Shown piece after piece: positions 47,212 to 55,099 of a stretch of 64,000 nucleotides of DNA. The stretch is from Nitrospiraceae bacterium. Lineage in GTDB: Bacteria; Nitrospirota; Nitrospiria; Nitrospirales; Nitrospiraceae. The stretch's first letter is position 1. Each line of letters starts with the position of its first letter. The translations under genes were made by a program, and so were the position numbers. The notes beneath the pieces were generated by a model. It saw nothing but the letters and a program-made list of their open reading frames with translations. It was not told the DNA's origin and made no database searches. The DNA lies in contig SHZW01000009.1 of NCBI GenBank assembly GCA_009692155.1, forward strand, positions 12,272-76,271. Direction: 5' to 3'.

Positions 47212-48936
47212 GTGAAGGCTCTTCTCCGCGTCCTTCACTACCTCCGGCCCTACCGTCTTCTTGCCTGTGCGACGTTGGCGAGTGCCATCGCGGCGACGGC
47301 CTTGGATCTCGTGCCGCCGTGGCTGATCAAAATCGTCATTGACGACGTCATCCAGGCCCACCGGCCCGAGTTGCTGGGATGGGCCGTGGCCGGCTTGATC
47401 GGCGCCTATGCGTTGAAAAACGTCTTTATCTCCCTGCGCATCCGCCTGAATAACACCCTCGAGCAGCGCGTGGTGTGCGATCTCCGCAATCAGGTCTTTG
47501 CGGCGTTGCAGCGCCTCTCGATCAGTTATTTTGAGAATCGTTCATCCGGCGAGATCATGTCGCGTGTTACAAACGACACCGAACACATGGAGCGCATTTT
47601 CGTGGACGGGCTGGAAGGCATGCTGACGGCTTCCCTGACGCTGGCCGGCATCACGGTCATGCTGTTTGTCCTGAACTGGAAACTGGCGCTGTTGTCGCTG
47701 ATTCCCATCCCGGTGCTGGTCCTGTCGGCGACGGCGTTCACCGGACGAGTCCATCGGTACTACCACGACATCCGCCGTCATGCCGCCGAACTCAACGCGT
47801 ATTTGCACGACGCGCTTTCCGGTATCCGCGAAACGATGGGATTCAACCGGCAGGCCTACGAACAGGCACGGTTCGATGCCCGGAGTCGCCGATACAGCGA
47901 CAGCAACCTTGATGCCATGCGCCTGTGGTCTTTCTACTCGCCCGGCATGATGTTCGTCGGCAGTATTGGAACGGTATTGATCTTGTGGTATGGAACCGGC
48001 GAGGTGACACGAGGGGTGCTGACGATCGGCGAACTGGTGATGTTCCTCTCGTATCTGGCGCTGTTCTACGTGCCCGTGAATCAAATCCATTCGGTGAACC
48101 ATATGCTTCAGCACGCGCTGGCAGGCAGTGAACGGGTGTTTGAGATTCTCGATGCCCGCTCAGAGGTGCAGGACCGGCCCGGTGCCGCTGCGCCGGCCGG
48201 GCGGTTGGGCGGCGCGGTACGGTTCGACGGGATCTCCTTTGCCTATAGGCCCGACGTGCCGGTTCTGCAAAGTCTGACGCTGGTCGTCAGGCCGGGCGAG
48301 CGCATCGCGTTGGTCGGCCCCAGCGGGGCCGGCAAGAGCACGTTGCTCAAGTTGCTGATGCGTTTGTATGACGTGCAGAGCGGGGCGATTCTTCTCGACC
48401 GGTACGACCTTCGCGATTTGTCCCTGGCGTTTCTTCGCAGCCAGATCGGCTTCGTACAGCAGGAGCCGTTCCTGTTCAATGGAACCGTCAAGGAGAACAT
48501 TGCCTACGGAGATCTCGATGCCGATCAGGCCGGGATCGAAGATGCGGCTCGCGCGGCGCGTGCCCACGAATTCATCGATGAATTGCCGGACGGCTATGAT
48601 ACCTGGATCGGCGAGCGGGGCGTGAAGCTGTCGGTCGGGCAGAAGCAGCGGGTGTCCATCGCGCGCGTGCTGTTGAAAAATCCTCCGCTGGTCGTCTTCG
48701 ACGAAGCCACGTCGAATATCGACACCGAGACCGAGGTCAAGATCCGCGAAGCGCTCGACAATCTGACCAGGGGCCGCACCACTTTTATTATTGCGCATCG
48801 CCTGTCCACTCTGCGCAATGTGGACCGGATCGTCGTGATGGACCGCGGTAGGATTGTCGAGCAGGGAGTCCACCAGGAATTGCTGGTCCGGGGCGGGCTC
48901 TACGCCGGCCTCTATGAAGCTCAATTCCAGGACTGA
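47212..48936 (+). CDS. ABC exporter, fused permease/ATPase (MsbA-like)
   Basis: Six-TM N-domain, Walker A GPSGAGKST, signature LSVGQKQRVSIARV and Walker B VVFDEATS. GTG start. Confidence 0.9.
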   Translation: MKALLRVLHYLRPYRLLACATLASAIAATALDLVPPWLIKIVIDDVIQAHRPELLGWAVAGLIGAYALKNVFISLRIRLNNTLEQRVVCDLRNQVFAALQRLSISYFENRSSGEIMSRVTNDTEHMERIFVDGLEGMLTASLTLAGITVMLFVLNWKLALLSLIPIPVLVLSATAFTGRVHRYYHDIRRHAAELNAYLHDALSGIRETMGFNRQAYEQARFDARSRRYSDSNLDAMRLWSFYSPGMMFVGSIGTVLILWYGTGEVTRGVLTIGELVMFLSYLALFYVPVNQIHSVNHMLQHALAGSERVFEILDARSEVQDRPGAAAPAGRLGGAVRFDGISFAYRPDVPVLQSLTLVVRPGERIALVGPSGAGKSTLLKLLMRLYDVQSGAILLDRYDLRDLSLAFLRSQIGFVQQEPFLFNGTVKENIAYGDLDADQAGIEDAARAARAHEFIDELPDGYDTWIGERGVKLSVGQKQRVSIARVLLKNPPLVVFDEATSNIDTETEVKIREALDNLTRGRTTFIIAHRLSTLRNVDRIVVMDRGRIVEQGVHQELLVRGGLYAGLYEAQFQD

Positions 48937-48996
48937 TGTGATTGTCTGCAGGGGTGGAGCGCGGCTATACTAAAGCCGTCGGCCGGAGAATACGGG

Positions 48997-49191
48997 ATGG
49001 TCCTGGTCTTTCAAAGCGATCCGCTGGATACCGATGAGGCTCGCGGGCATTTCTATCATGTCTGCCTGGGACGGATGCAGGAGGCGGAGATGCCGGTGCC
49101 GCCGCCGGATCAGCCGTATGAATGTCCCCGCTGTGGCGTTGAATTGGAGACCGAAGATTTCTGGATCGCCCAGGTGAAAGGATCGGTCTAA
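48997..49191 (+). CDS. small hypothetical protein with CPxCG knuckle
   Basis: 64 aa with HVC...CPRCG. Coding status is uncertain. Confidence 0.3.
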   Translation: MVLVFQSDPLDTDEARGHFYHVCLGRMQEAEMPVPPPDQPYECPRCGVELETEDFWIAQVKGSV

Positions 49192-49194
49192 GCC

Positions 49195-49413
49195 ATGAGT
49201 ACGACGCAGGGGAGTTCCGGACGGAAAATGGTGTCGGTGATGCGGGGCCTGATGATGCTCTGCAATTCCTGCCATGACCTGGTCATTCACGATAAACTGG
49301 TGAACGAGAAGAACTATGTCGCCGACCACGAAGCCCTGTTCGATACGATCTGCCCGGGATGCACGGATATAAACCGGCCGTTGATCGACGATATGCTTGG
49401 AAGTTCAGAGTAG
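49195..49413 (+). CDS. small hypothetical CxxC...CxxC (zinc-ribbon-like) protein
   Basis: 72 aa with CNSC...CPGC. It starts 4 nt after the previous small ORF. Coding status is uncertain. Confidence 0.3.
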   Translation: MSTTQGSSGRKMVSVMRGLMMLCNSCHDLVIHDKLVNEKNYVADHEALFDTICPGCTDINRPLIDDMLGSSE

Positions 49414-49433
49414 TCTGCTGGTTTCCTCATCTT

Positions 49434-49790
49434 TTACTTGCATGTTTTCCCATCAAAGATTTTGCATGCCGACTCGCCGGCTGCGATCTTCCATCGTTTC
49501 ACCAGCGGGGCATTGCCCGGACGAATTTCAACAACGATGTCGATCAGGCCTGAGGAGGGCAGCTTGTCCAAGTGGGGTCTGGCTTCAGGCGGAACCTCGA
49601 CCCCGAACACGGCGCCGCTGTCCGAGATCATGATGAAGCCTTTCTCCCTGTCCACGAAGATAATCGGGCTGTAATAGCTTTTTTCTTCGGCGCCGGCAGG
49701 CCCGGCCCAGCCCAATCCAATCAATGCTGCCAGGAATATCACGGAAGAGGTCAGTGAAAGACGTCTGCGCATGGCCGAAGTCCTCCGCAT
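49434..49790 (-). CDS. small secreted hypothetical protein
   Basis: From ATG 49790: MRRTSAMRRRLSLTSSVIFLAALIGLGWAGPAGA, a signal peptide. The longer ORF-track start would overlap the JAMM gene. Confidence 0.4.
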   Translation of the reverse strand: MRRTSAMRRRLSLTSSVIFLAALIGLGWAGPAGAEEKSYYSPIIFVDREKGFIMISDSGAVFGVEVPPEARPHLDKLPSSGLIDIVVEIRPGNAPLVKRWKIAAGESACKIFDGKTCK

Positions 49791-49867
49791 GCGAAAAATT
49801 GCGCGTATTATGGCATCGGGCATACGCGTGCGCCAGCACATTTTACTGGAACGGCCGCGCGTGTCGT

Positions 49868-50350
49868 TCAGGTCGGCTGGAACTCGGCTCGAGCAACCTG
49901 ACGATCCTTGATCCAATAGGCCCGCAGGTCCGGTGTCGTCTTATGTTCCAGGGAAATGATGAGATAGGCCGCGTCTGGATAGTAGGCGAGCCCCACGTCT
50001 GTGGTGGAGGGATAGGCGGGCGAATGGGTGTGGGAATGGTAGATCACGGCTAACTCAAGATTCCGCTGGCGCATGTCCTTGAAGGCCGCCAGCATCTCTT
50101 TGGGGTCCATGAAGTAGGCGACTTCGGCCCTGGTGGAATCCGGCAGGTGTCCGAGCTGCTTGACGTCGGCGCCGTCGAAGACCTCCATAGCCCTGGCGTC
50201 TTTTGCCACGGTGTTCGTGATCCGGTAATGGCGCGAGACTGCGCCGTTCGTGCCGGCCAGCAACCCGCAGCATTCGAACGGGTCCAGTTCACGCGCGTGA
50301 GCGATCATGTCGTCCAGAATCTGCCGGGGGATTTTGAGAGAAGGCGTCAT
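49868..50350 (-). CDS. JAMM/MPN+ metallopeptidase (Mec+/HcyD-like sulfur-carrier C-terminal peptidase)
   Basis: The ECCG element and HSHTHSPAYPSTTD give the JAMM motif E...HxHx7Sx2D. Confidence 0.85.
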   Translation of the reverse strand: MTPSLKIPRQILDDMIAHARELDPFECCGLLAGTNGAVSRHYRITNTVAKDARAMEVFDGADVKQLGHLPDSTRAEVAYFMDPKEMLAAFKDMRQRNLELAVIYHSHTHSPAYPSTTDVGLAYYPDAAYLIISLEHKTTPDLRAYWIKDRQVARAEFQPT

Positions 50351-50353
50351 TTT

Positions 50354-50521
50354 GTCCGAAAGTCGTCAAGTCTGAAAGTCATAAAGTCTTGGCTTAGTCA
50401 TCAAGTTCTAAGGTCGTAAAGTCTTCAGGTCGACTTGACGTTATGACTTTACAGACTTTCTGACTTGATAGACATGCCTTCTCGGTAGACTTTACGACTT
50501 GATGACTTTGGACTTTCAGAC
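50354..50521. repeat. AAGTC-octamer hairpin element (copy 4, longest)
   Basis: gtccgaaagtcgtcaagtctgaaagtcataaagtc...gtaaagtcttcaggtc | gacttgacgttatgactttacagactttctgacttgat...gactttacgacttgatgactttggactttcagac. The centre is at gtcgac (about 50430). Confidence 0.9.
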
Positions 50522-50530
50522 CGGGCTGCA

Positions 50531-51334
50531 TCAAATCGCGCAGGAGACGGCGTAGTCGCCGCTGAGATTTTTAATGGTTGGATGCGGGCCGCAGAGGCGG
50601 CAGTTGGGATCCTTGGGCCGGGAGACTTTTCTGAATTTCATGTCCAGCGCATCATAAATCAGGAGCTTATCCGCCAGCGTATCGCCGACTTTGAGAATTT
50701 CCTTGATCGCCTCCGCTGCTTGCAGCACGCCGATGGTGCCGGCCAGCACGCCCAGCACGCCGGCTTCCTGGCAGTTGGGCACGAGCCCGGCCGGAGGCGG
50801 CTCGGGGTAGAGGCACCGGTAGCAGGGGAACCCCTCGTGCGGCTTGATCGTTGCCAGCTGGCCTTCAAACCGAAAGATGCTGCCTGAGATCAGTGTCTTC
50901 TTCGCAAAGAAGCAGGCATCGTTGATCAGGAACCGCGTCGAAAAATTGTCCGATCCGTCAACAATGATGTCGTAGTCATGGAACAACCGCATGATGTTCT
51001 CGGCCGACACGTTCTCCTGGTAGGTTTTGACCGTGATGTCCGGATTCAAGGCCGCGAGCGTCTGCCGGCCCGACTCGACCTTGGGAACGCCGATGCGGTC
51101 TGTCGTGTGCAAAATCTGACGCTGCAGGTTGGAGAGATCCACCACGTCGCCGTCGACCAGTCCAAGCGTGCCGACTCCCGCCGCCGCCAGGTACAGTGCG
51201 GCCGGCGATCCCAGTCCACCGGCGCCGATAATCAGCACCTTGGCCTGGGACAGCTTTTTTTGTCCCTTGCCGCCGACTTCGTTCAGGATAATGTGGCGGC
51301 TGTACCGTTCCAGTTGCGCTTCGGTAAATTCCAT
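50531..51334 (-). CDS. ThiF/MoeB-family E1-like adenylyltransferase, copy 1 (no rhodanese domain)
   Basis: RYSRHIIL, GAGGLGSPAALYLAAAGVG, DLSNLQRQ and Zn motifs CYRC...CRLC. Confidence 0.9.
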   Translation of the reverse strand: MEFTEAQLERYSRHIILNEVGGKGQKKLSQAKVLIIGAGGLGSPAALYLAAAGVGTLGLVDGDVVDLSNLQRQILHTTDRIGVPKVESGRQTLAALNPDITVKTYQENVSAENIMRLFHDYDIIVDGSDNFSTRFLINDACFFAKKTLISGSIFRFEGQLATIKPHEGFPCYRCLYPEPPPAGLVPNCQEAGVLGVLAGTIGVLQAAEAIKEILKVGDTLADKLLIYDALDMKFRKVSRPKDPNCRLCGPHPTIKNLSGDYAVSCAI

Positions 51335-51350
51335 GGCTTCGCTCAGATTA

Positions 51351-51421
51351 GAGGTTATAGGCTATGGGTAATGGGCGAAGAAAGCACCTATAGCCCATCA
51401 CCTCGCGCCTATTGCCTATTC
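51351..51421. repeat. ATAGGCT/ATGGG-heptamer hairpin element (copy 2)
   Basis: Left arm gaggttataggctatgggtaatgggcg. Right arm cacctatagcccatcacctcgcgcctattgcctattc. It lies between the NIL gene stop and the ThiF copy 1 start. Confidence 0.8.
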
Positions 51422-51655
51422 AATAACGTTTAGCTCGATGGGGTCGACCGTGACCCCTTTCTTCTTCATGCCTTCGATGGCCCGCTCGATTTCGGCCGTC
51501 TCGCCGCTCAGTTCCAGATCTATCCAGCCGGTGGTTTCCCGTACATCGGCCCGGCGGATGTTGGTCACCACCTTATATTCATGGCCGATCTGGTACACGA
51601 TCGGCTCCTTGATTTTCTGTTCAGGGAATCGGATATGGAAACGCATATTCGGCAT
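51416..51655 (-). CDS. stand-alone NIL-domain protein
   Basis: 79 aa from ATG 51655: [62 protein letters not shown] resembles the NIL (MetN C-terminal) domain. Its ATG overlaps the stop of the carrier gene (ATGA). Confidence 0.65.
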   Translation of the reverse strand: MPNMRFHIRFPEQKIKEPIVYQIGHEYKVVTNIRRADVRETTGWIDLELSGETAEIERAIEGMKKKGVTVDPIELNVIE

Positions 51656-51930
51656 CAGTTGCCCCCTGCAATGGCCGGTACGATTGAAACTTCGTCGCCA
51701 TCCTTGAGCGACGTGTCCTTGCCGTTCAAAAACCGGATGTCTTCCTCGTTGACGTAGATATTCACGAAGCGGCGCAACTCGCCCTTGTCGTCGCACAGCC
51801 GGTCTTTCAGGCCGGGATGGGCGGAGTTCAGGGTCTCGATCATCTCGGAGATGTTTGCCGCCGTGGCTTCCACTTCGCCCTGGCCTTTGGTCAGGGGCCG
51901 CAGGGGAGTGGGAATTCGAACCTTAATCAC
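51655..51930 (-). CDS. CysO/MoaD-family sulfur-carrier protein ending ...AIAGGN
   Basis: 91 aa. IPTPLRPLT...[14 protein letters not shown]...[14 protein letters not shown] closely parallels M. tuberculosis CysO. One extra residue (N) follows Gly-Gly; I verified the codons ggc ggg aac tga on the minus strand. The GTG start overlaps the thrC stop. Confidence 0.85.
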   Translation of the reverse strand: MIKVRIPTPLRPLTKGQGEVEATAANISEMIETLNSAHPGLKDRLCDDKGELRRFVNIYVNEEDIRFLNGKDTSLKDGDEVSIVPAIAGGN

Positions 51931-53186
51931 GCGTTGCCTCCACCGTTCTTGCCGATCTTGAAGGTTCTCTCGAAATTGACCAGGCTCGGTTGAATGCGGA
52001 ACGGCCGGCCGACCGCGTCAATCACCGCTTCCTGCGTTTTGAGCCCGTTGCCGGTGATGTAGGCCACCGTGACGTCGCTTTTCTTGATGACGCCCTGCTT
52101 GACCAGCTTCTGGAGCACGCCGATCGTCACGCCGCCGGCGGTTTCGGCGAAGATGCCTTCCGTCTGAGCCAGCAGCTTGATGCCGTCCACCACTTCCTCG
52201 TCGGACACCATGTCCATCGCACCCTTGCTTTCGCCGGTGGCTTTCAGCGCGTAGTAGCCGTCTGCCGGATTGCCGATGGCCAGCGACTTCGCGATGGTCT
52301 TGGGCTTGACCGGCTTGAAGAAGTCGCGGCCTTCTTTATAGGCGGTCGCGATTGGCGAGCAGCCATCTGCCTGTGCACCGTTAATTTTCGTCTGGACCTT
52401 GTCGATCAGGCCCAGCGCTTTCATTTCGTTCAAGCCTTTCCAGATTTTTGTCAGCAGCGAGCCCGAGGCCATCGGAATCACCGCCTGATCCGGTGCGCGC
52501 CAGCCGAGTTGCTCGACAGTTTCGAAGGCCAGGGTCTTGGAGCCTTCGGCGTAGTAGGGCCGGATGTTGATGTTGACGAACGCCCAGCCGTGTTCGCCGG
52601 CGATCTCGCTGCACAGGCGATTCACGTCGTCATAATTGCCTTCCACCTCGATGACGTTCGGCTTGTAAATCAGGTTGCCCAGGACTTTCGCCGCTTCCAG
52701 ATCGGCCGGGATGAACACGTAGCACTTCATGCCGGCCGCGGCCGCGTGAGCCGCCACGGAGTTGGCCAGATTGCCGGTCGAGGCGCAGGCGACGGTTTCG
52801 AATCCCAGCTCGCGCGCGCGGGTCAGCGCCACCGAGACGACCCGGTCCTTGAATGAGAGCGTCGGGTGGTTGACCGTATCGTTCTTGATGTACAGCTCGT
52901 CGAGGCCCAGGTAGGCGCCGAGATTCTTGGTTCGCACCATCGGCGTGAGGCCGGCATGCGGCCCGATCACGGAATCGATCGACGCGGTTTCGACGGGCAG
53001 CAGATCCATGTACCGCCACATGCTCCGCGGGCCATCCTCGATTTTCTTGCGCGAGAGGTTCTTCTTGATTTCGTCATAGTTGTACTTGACCTCCAGCGGG
53101 CCGAAGCACAGTTCGCAGACGTGGATCGCCTTGGTCGGGTATTCCTTCCCGCATTCCCGACAGACCAGCGATTTCATCTTGGTCAT
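51927..53186 (-). CDS. thrC: threonine-synthase-family PLP enzyme with N-terminal zinc ribbon
   Basis: CRECGKEY...CELC ribbon, PLP lysine motif TLSFKDR and a fold-type II body. The thrC symbol denotes the family; its role here may differ (see findings). Confidence 0.85.
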   Translation of the reverse strand: MTKMKSLVCRECGKEYPTKAIHVCELCFGPLEVKYNYDEIKKNLSRKKIEDGPRSMWRYMDLLPVETASIDSVIGPHAGLTPMVRTKNLGAYLGLDELYIKNDTVNHPTLSFKDRVVSVALTRARELGFETVACASTGNLANSVAAHAAAAGMKCYVFIPADLEAAKVLGNLIYKPNVIEVEGNYDDVNRLCSEIAGEHGWAFVNINIRPYYAEGSKTLAFETVEQLGWRAPDQAVIPMASGSLLTKIWKGLNEMKALGLIDKVQTKINGAQADGCSPIATAYKEGRDFFKPVKPKTIAKSLAIGNPADGYYALKATGESKGAMDMVSDEEVVDGIKLLAQTEGIFAETAGGVTIGVLQKLVKQGVIKKSDVTVAYITGNGLKTQEAVIDAVGRPFRIQPSLVNFERTFKIGKNGGGNA

Positions 53187-53201
53187 GACGTCACCACTCC
53201 A

Positions 53202-53263
53202 GAAGGTTGAGGTTAAGGCTTAGGTTAAGTTTCCTTCTCAGCCTAAGCCTCAACCTTAACCTG
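53202..53263. repeat. AGGTTG/AGGCTT-hexamer hairpin element (copy 2)
   Basis: Core stem AGGTTAAGGCTTAGG (53210-53224) pairs with CCTAAGCCTCAACCT (53242-53256), giving 14/15 Watson-Crick pairs on the plus strand. It lies between the thrC start and the ThiF copy 2 stop. Confidence 0.9.
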
Positions 53264-54064
53264 CTTCAGCTCGCAGGCTTCCTGCTCGTAATCGATCAGC
53301 TTCGTGATGGTCGGGTGTTCGCCGCACAGGGGGCAGTGCGGATTGCGCTTCGTTTTGATTTCACGGAACGACGCTTTCTTGGCGTCGTAGTCCAGCAGCC
53401 GGTCGGTCAGCAGCCGGCCGATGCCGAGCACGATCTTCAGCGCTTCGGTCGCTTGCAGGGTTCCGATGACGCCGGCCAGCGCGCCGATCACGCCGGCTTC
53501 CTGACAGCTCGCGACCAGCCCGGCCGGCGGCGGCTGTTTGAACACGCACCGGTAGCAGGCTGATTTCTTCGGAAGGATCGTGGTCACCCGGCCGTCAAAA
53601 CGGAGGATGCCGCCGTGCACCAGCGGCTTGTCGGCAAAGACGCAGGCGTCGTTGATCAGGAACTTGGTGGGAAAATTGTCCACACCGTCGATCACAACGT
53701 CGTAGCCGGAGACGAGCTTCAAGGCATTGCCGGCCACAAAGCGCTCTTCGTGCAGCACGACCTGAACATCCGGATTGAGCGCCTGAATTTTTTCCTTGGC
53801 CGACAGAACCTTGGACCGGCCCACGTCCGGGGTGTAGTGGATGATTTGCCGCTGCAGATTGGACAGGTCCACCGCATCGCTGTCGATCAAACCGATCGTG
53901 CCGACGCCCGCCGCGGCCAGATAGAATGCAGCGGGGGAGCCGAGACCGCCGGCGCCGACGATGAGGATCTTCGCCCTGGCGATTTTCTTCTGTCCCTTGC
54001 CGCCCACCTCCGGCAATAGAATGTGACGGCTGTAGCGGGTAACCTGTTCGTCTGTGAATTCCAT
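53243..54064 (-). CDS. ThiF/MoeB-family E1-like adenylyltransferase, copy 2 (no rhodanese domain)
   Basis: RYSRHILL, GAGGLGSPAAFYLAAAGVG and CYRC...CPLC. It is a paralogue of copy 1. Start ATG 54064 (MEFTDEQ). The last residues KQVKVEA are encoded by a repeat. Confidence 0.9.
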   Translation of the reverse strand: MEFTDEQVTRYSRHILLPEVGGKGQKKIARAKILIVGAGGLGSPAAFYLAAAGVGTIGLIDSDAVDLSNLQRQIIHYTPDVGRSKVLSAKEKIQALNPDVQVVLHEERFVAGNALKLVSGYDVVIDGVDNFPTKFLINDACVFADKPLVHGGILRFDGRVTTILPKKSACYRCVFKQPPPAGLVASCQEAGVIGALAGVIGTLQATEALKIVLGIGRLLTDRLLDYDAKKASFREIKTKRNPHCPLCGEHPTITKLIDYEQEACELKQVKVEA

Positions 54065-54069
54065 GTCAG

Positions 54070-54161
54070 CAAGTCCGAAAGTCGTCAAGTCCGAAAGTCG
54101 TCAAGTCCGAAAGTCTTGAGATGAACGACTTGAAGACTTTACGACTTTTTGACTTTTGGAC
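54070..54161. repeat. AAGTC-octamer hairpin element (copy 5)
   Basis: Left arm holds three consecutive copies of the 16-mer caagtccgaaagtcgt (the third incomplete: caagtccgaaagtc). Right arm is gacttgaagactttacgactttttgacttttggac. It lies between the cysK stop and the ThiF copy 2 start. Confidence 0.9.
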
Positions 54162-54169
54162 CATTGGTT

Positions 54170-55099
54170 TCAGATATTGAAATATTTCTCGATGCTGATA
54201 TAGCGCTCGCCTGTGTCGCAGAGAATCGTCACGATGTTCTTGCCTGGGCCGAGTTCCTTCGCCACCTTCTGAGAGGCAAACACGTTGGCGCCGGCGGAGA
54301 TGCCCACCAGGAGCCCTTCCTTCTTGGCCAGCAGCTTGGCCGTCTGATACGCCTCGTCGTCCGTCACGGTGATCACACCGTCCAGAATCGTCCGGTTCAA
54401 TACTTTTGGCACGAACCCCGCGCCGATGCCCTGAATCTTGTGCGGGCCCGGGTCTCCGCCGGACAGAACCGGCGAGCCGGCCGGCTCCACGGCAATCACC
54501 CTGATTTTAGGGTTGCGCTCTTTAAACACTTCGCCGCAGCCGGTGATCGTGCCGCCGGTGCCGACGGCCGCCACGAACGCATCAATCTTGCCGTCCATTG
54601 CTTCCCAAATCTCCAGCGCCGTAGTTTTCTTGTGCATCGCGGGGTTGGCCGGATTGGAAAACTGGTCCGGCATGAAATACGACGGATTCTGCGCCACGAT
54701 GCTCTCCGCTTCCTTGATCGAGCCCTTCATGCCTTCCCATGCCGGCGTCAGCACAAGCTGCGCGCCGTAGGAGGACAGCAGACTGGCCCGCTCCATGCTC
54801 ATGCTCTCCGGCATGACGAGGATCAATTTATAGCCGCGTACGGCTGAGACCAATGCCAGGCCGATGCCGGTGTTGCCGCTGGTCGGTTCAACGATCGTCC
54901 CGCCCGGCTTCAGCTTGCCCTGCCGCTCCGCCTCGTTGATCATGCTGAGGCAGATCCGGTCCTTGACGCTCCCGCCAGGATTGAAAAACTCGACCTTCCC
55001 GTAGATGGTACCCGCGCCCTCAGGGGAGAGCCGGTTCAGGCGAACCAGCGGGGTCCGGCCGATCAGTTCCGTGATGTCCTTATGCGCTGAAACCGTCAC
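54170..55099 (-). CDS. cysK: cysteine synthase (CysK-type O-acetylserine sulfhydrylase family)
   Basis: PLVRLNRL, PLP lysine GGSVKDR, TSGNTG and GPHKIQGIGAGFVP. The GTG start overlaps the stop of the ThiS-like gene (GTGA). Confidence 0.92.
   Translation of the reverse strand: MTVSAHKDITELIGRTPLVRLNRLSPEGAGTIYGKVEFFNPGGSVKDRICLSMINEAERQGKLKPGGTIVEPTSGNTGIGLALVSAVRGYKLILVMPESMSMERASLLSSYGAQLVLTPAWEGMKGSIKEAESIVAQNPSYFMPDQFSNPANPAMHKKTTALEIWEAMDGKIDAFVAAVGTGGTITGCGEVFKERNPKIRVIAVEPAGSPVLSGGDPGPHKIQGIGAGFVPKVLNRTILDGVITVTDDEAYQTAKLLAKKEGLLVGISAGANVFASQKVAKELGPGKNIVTILCDTGERYISIEKYFNI

Noticed and set aside
54070-54161. CRISPR array interpretation of the short tandem repeats
   Set aside because: The units are only 6-16 nt, directly abutting with no unique spacers, and are mirrored into hairpins. 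No cas genes are present in the window.
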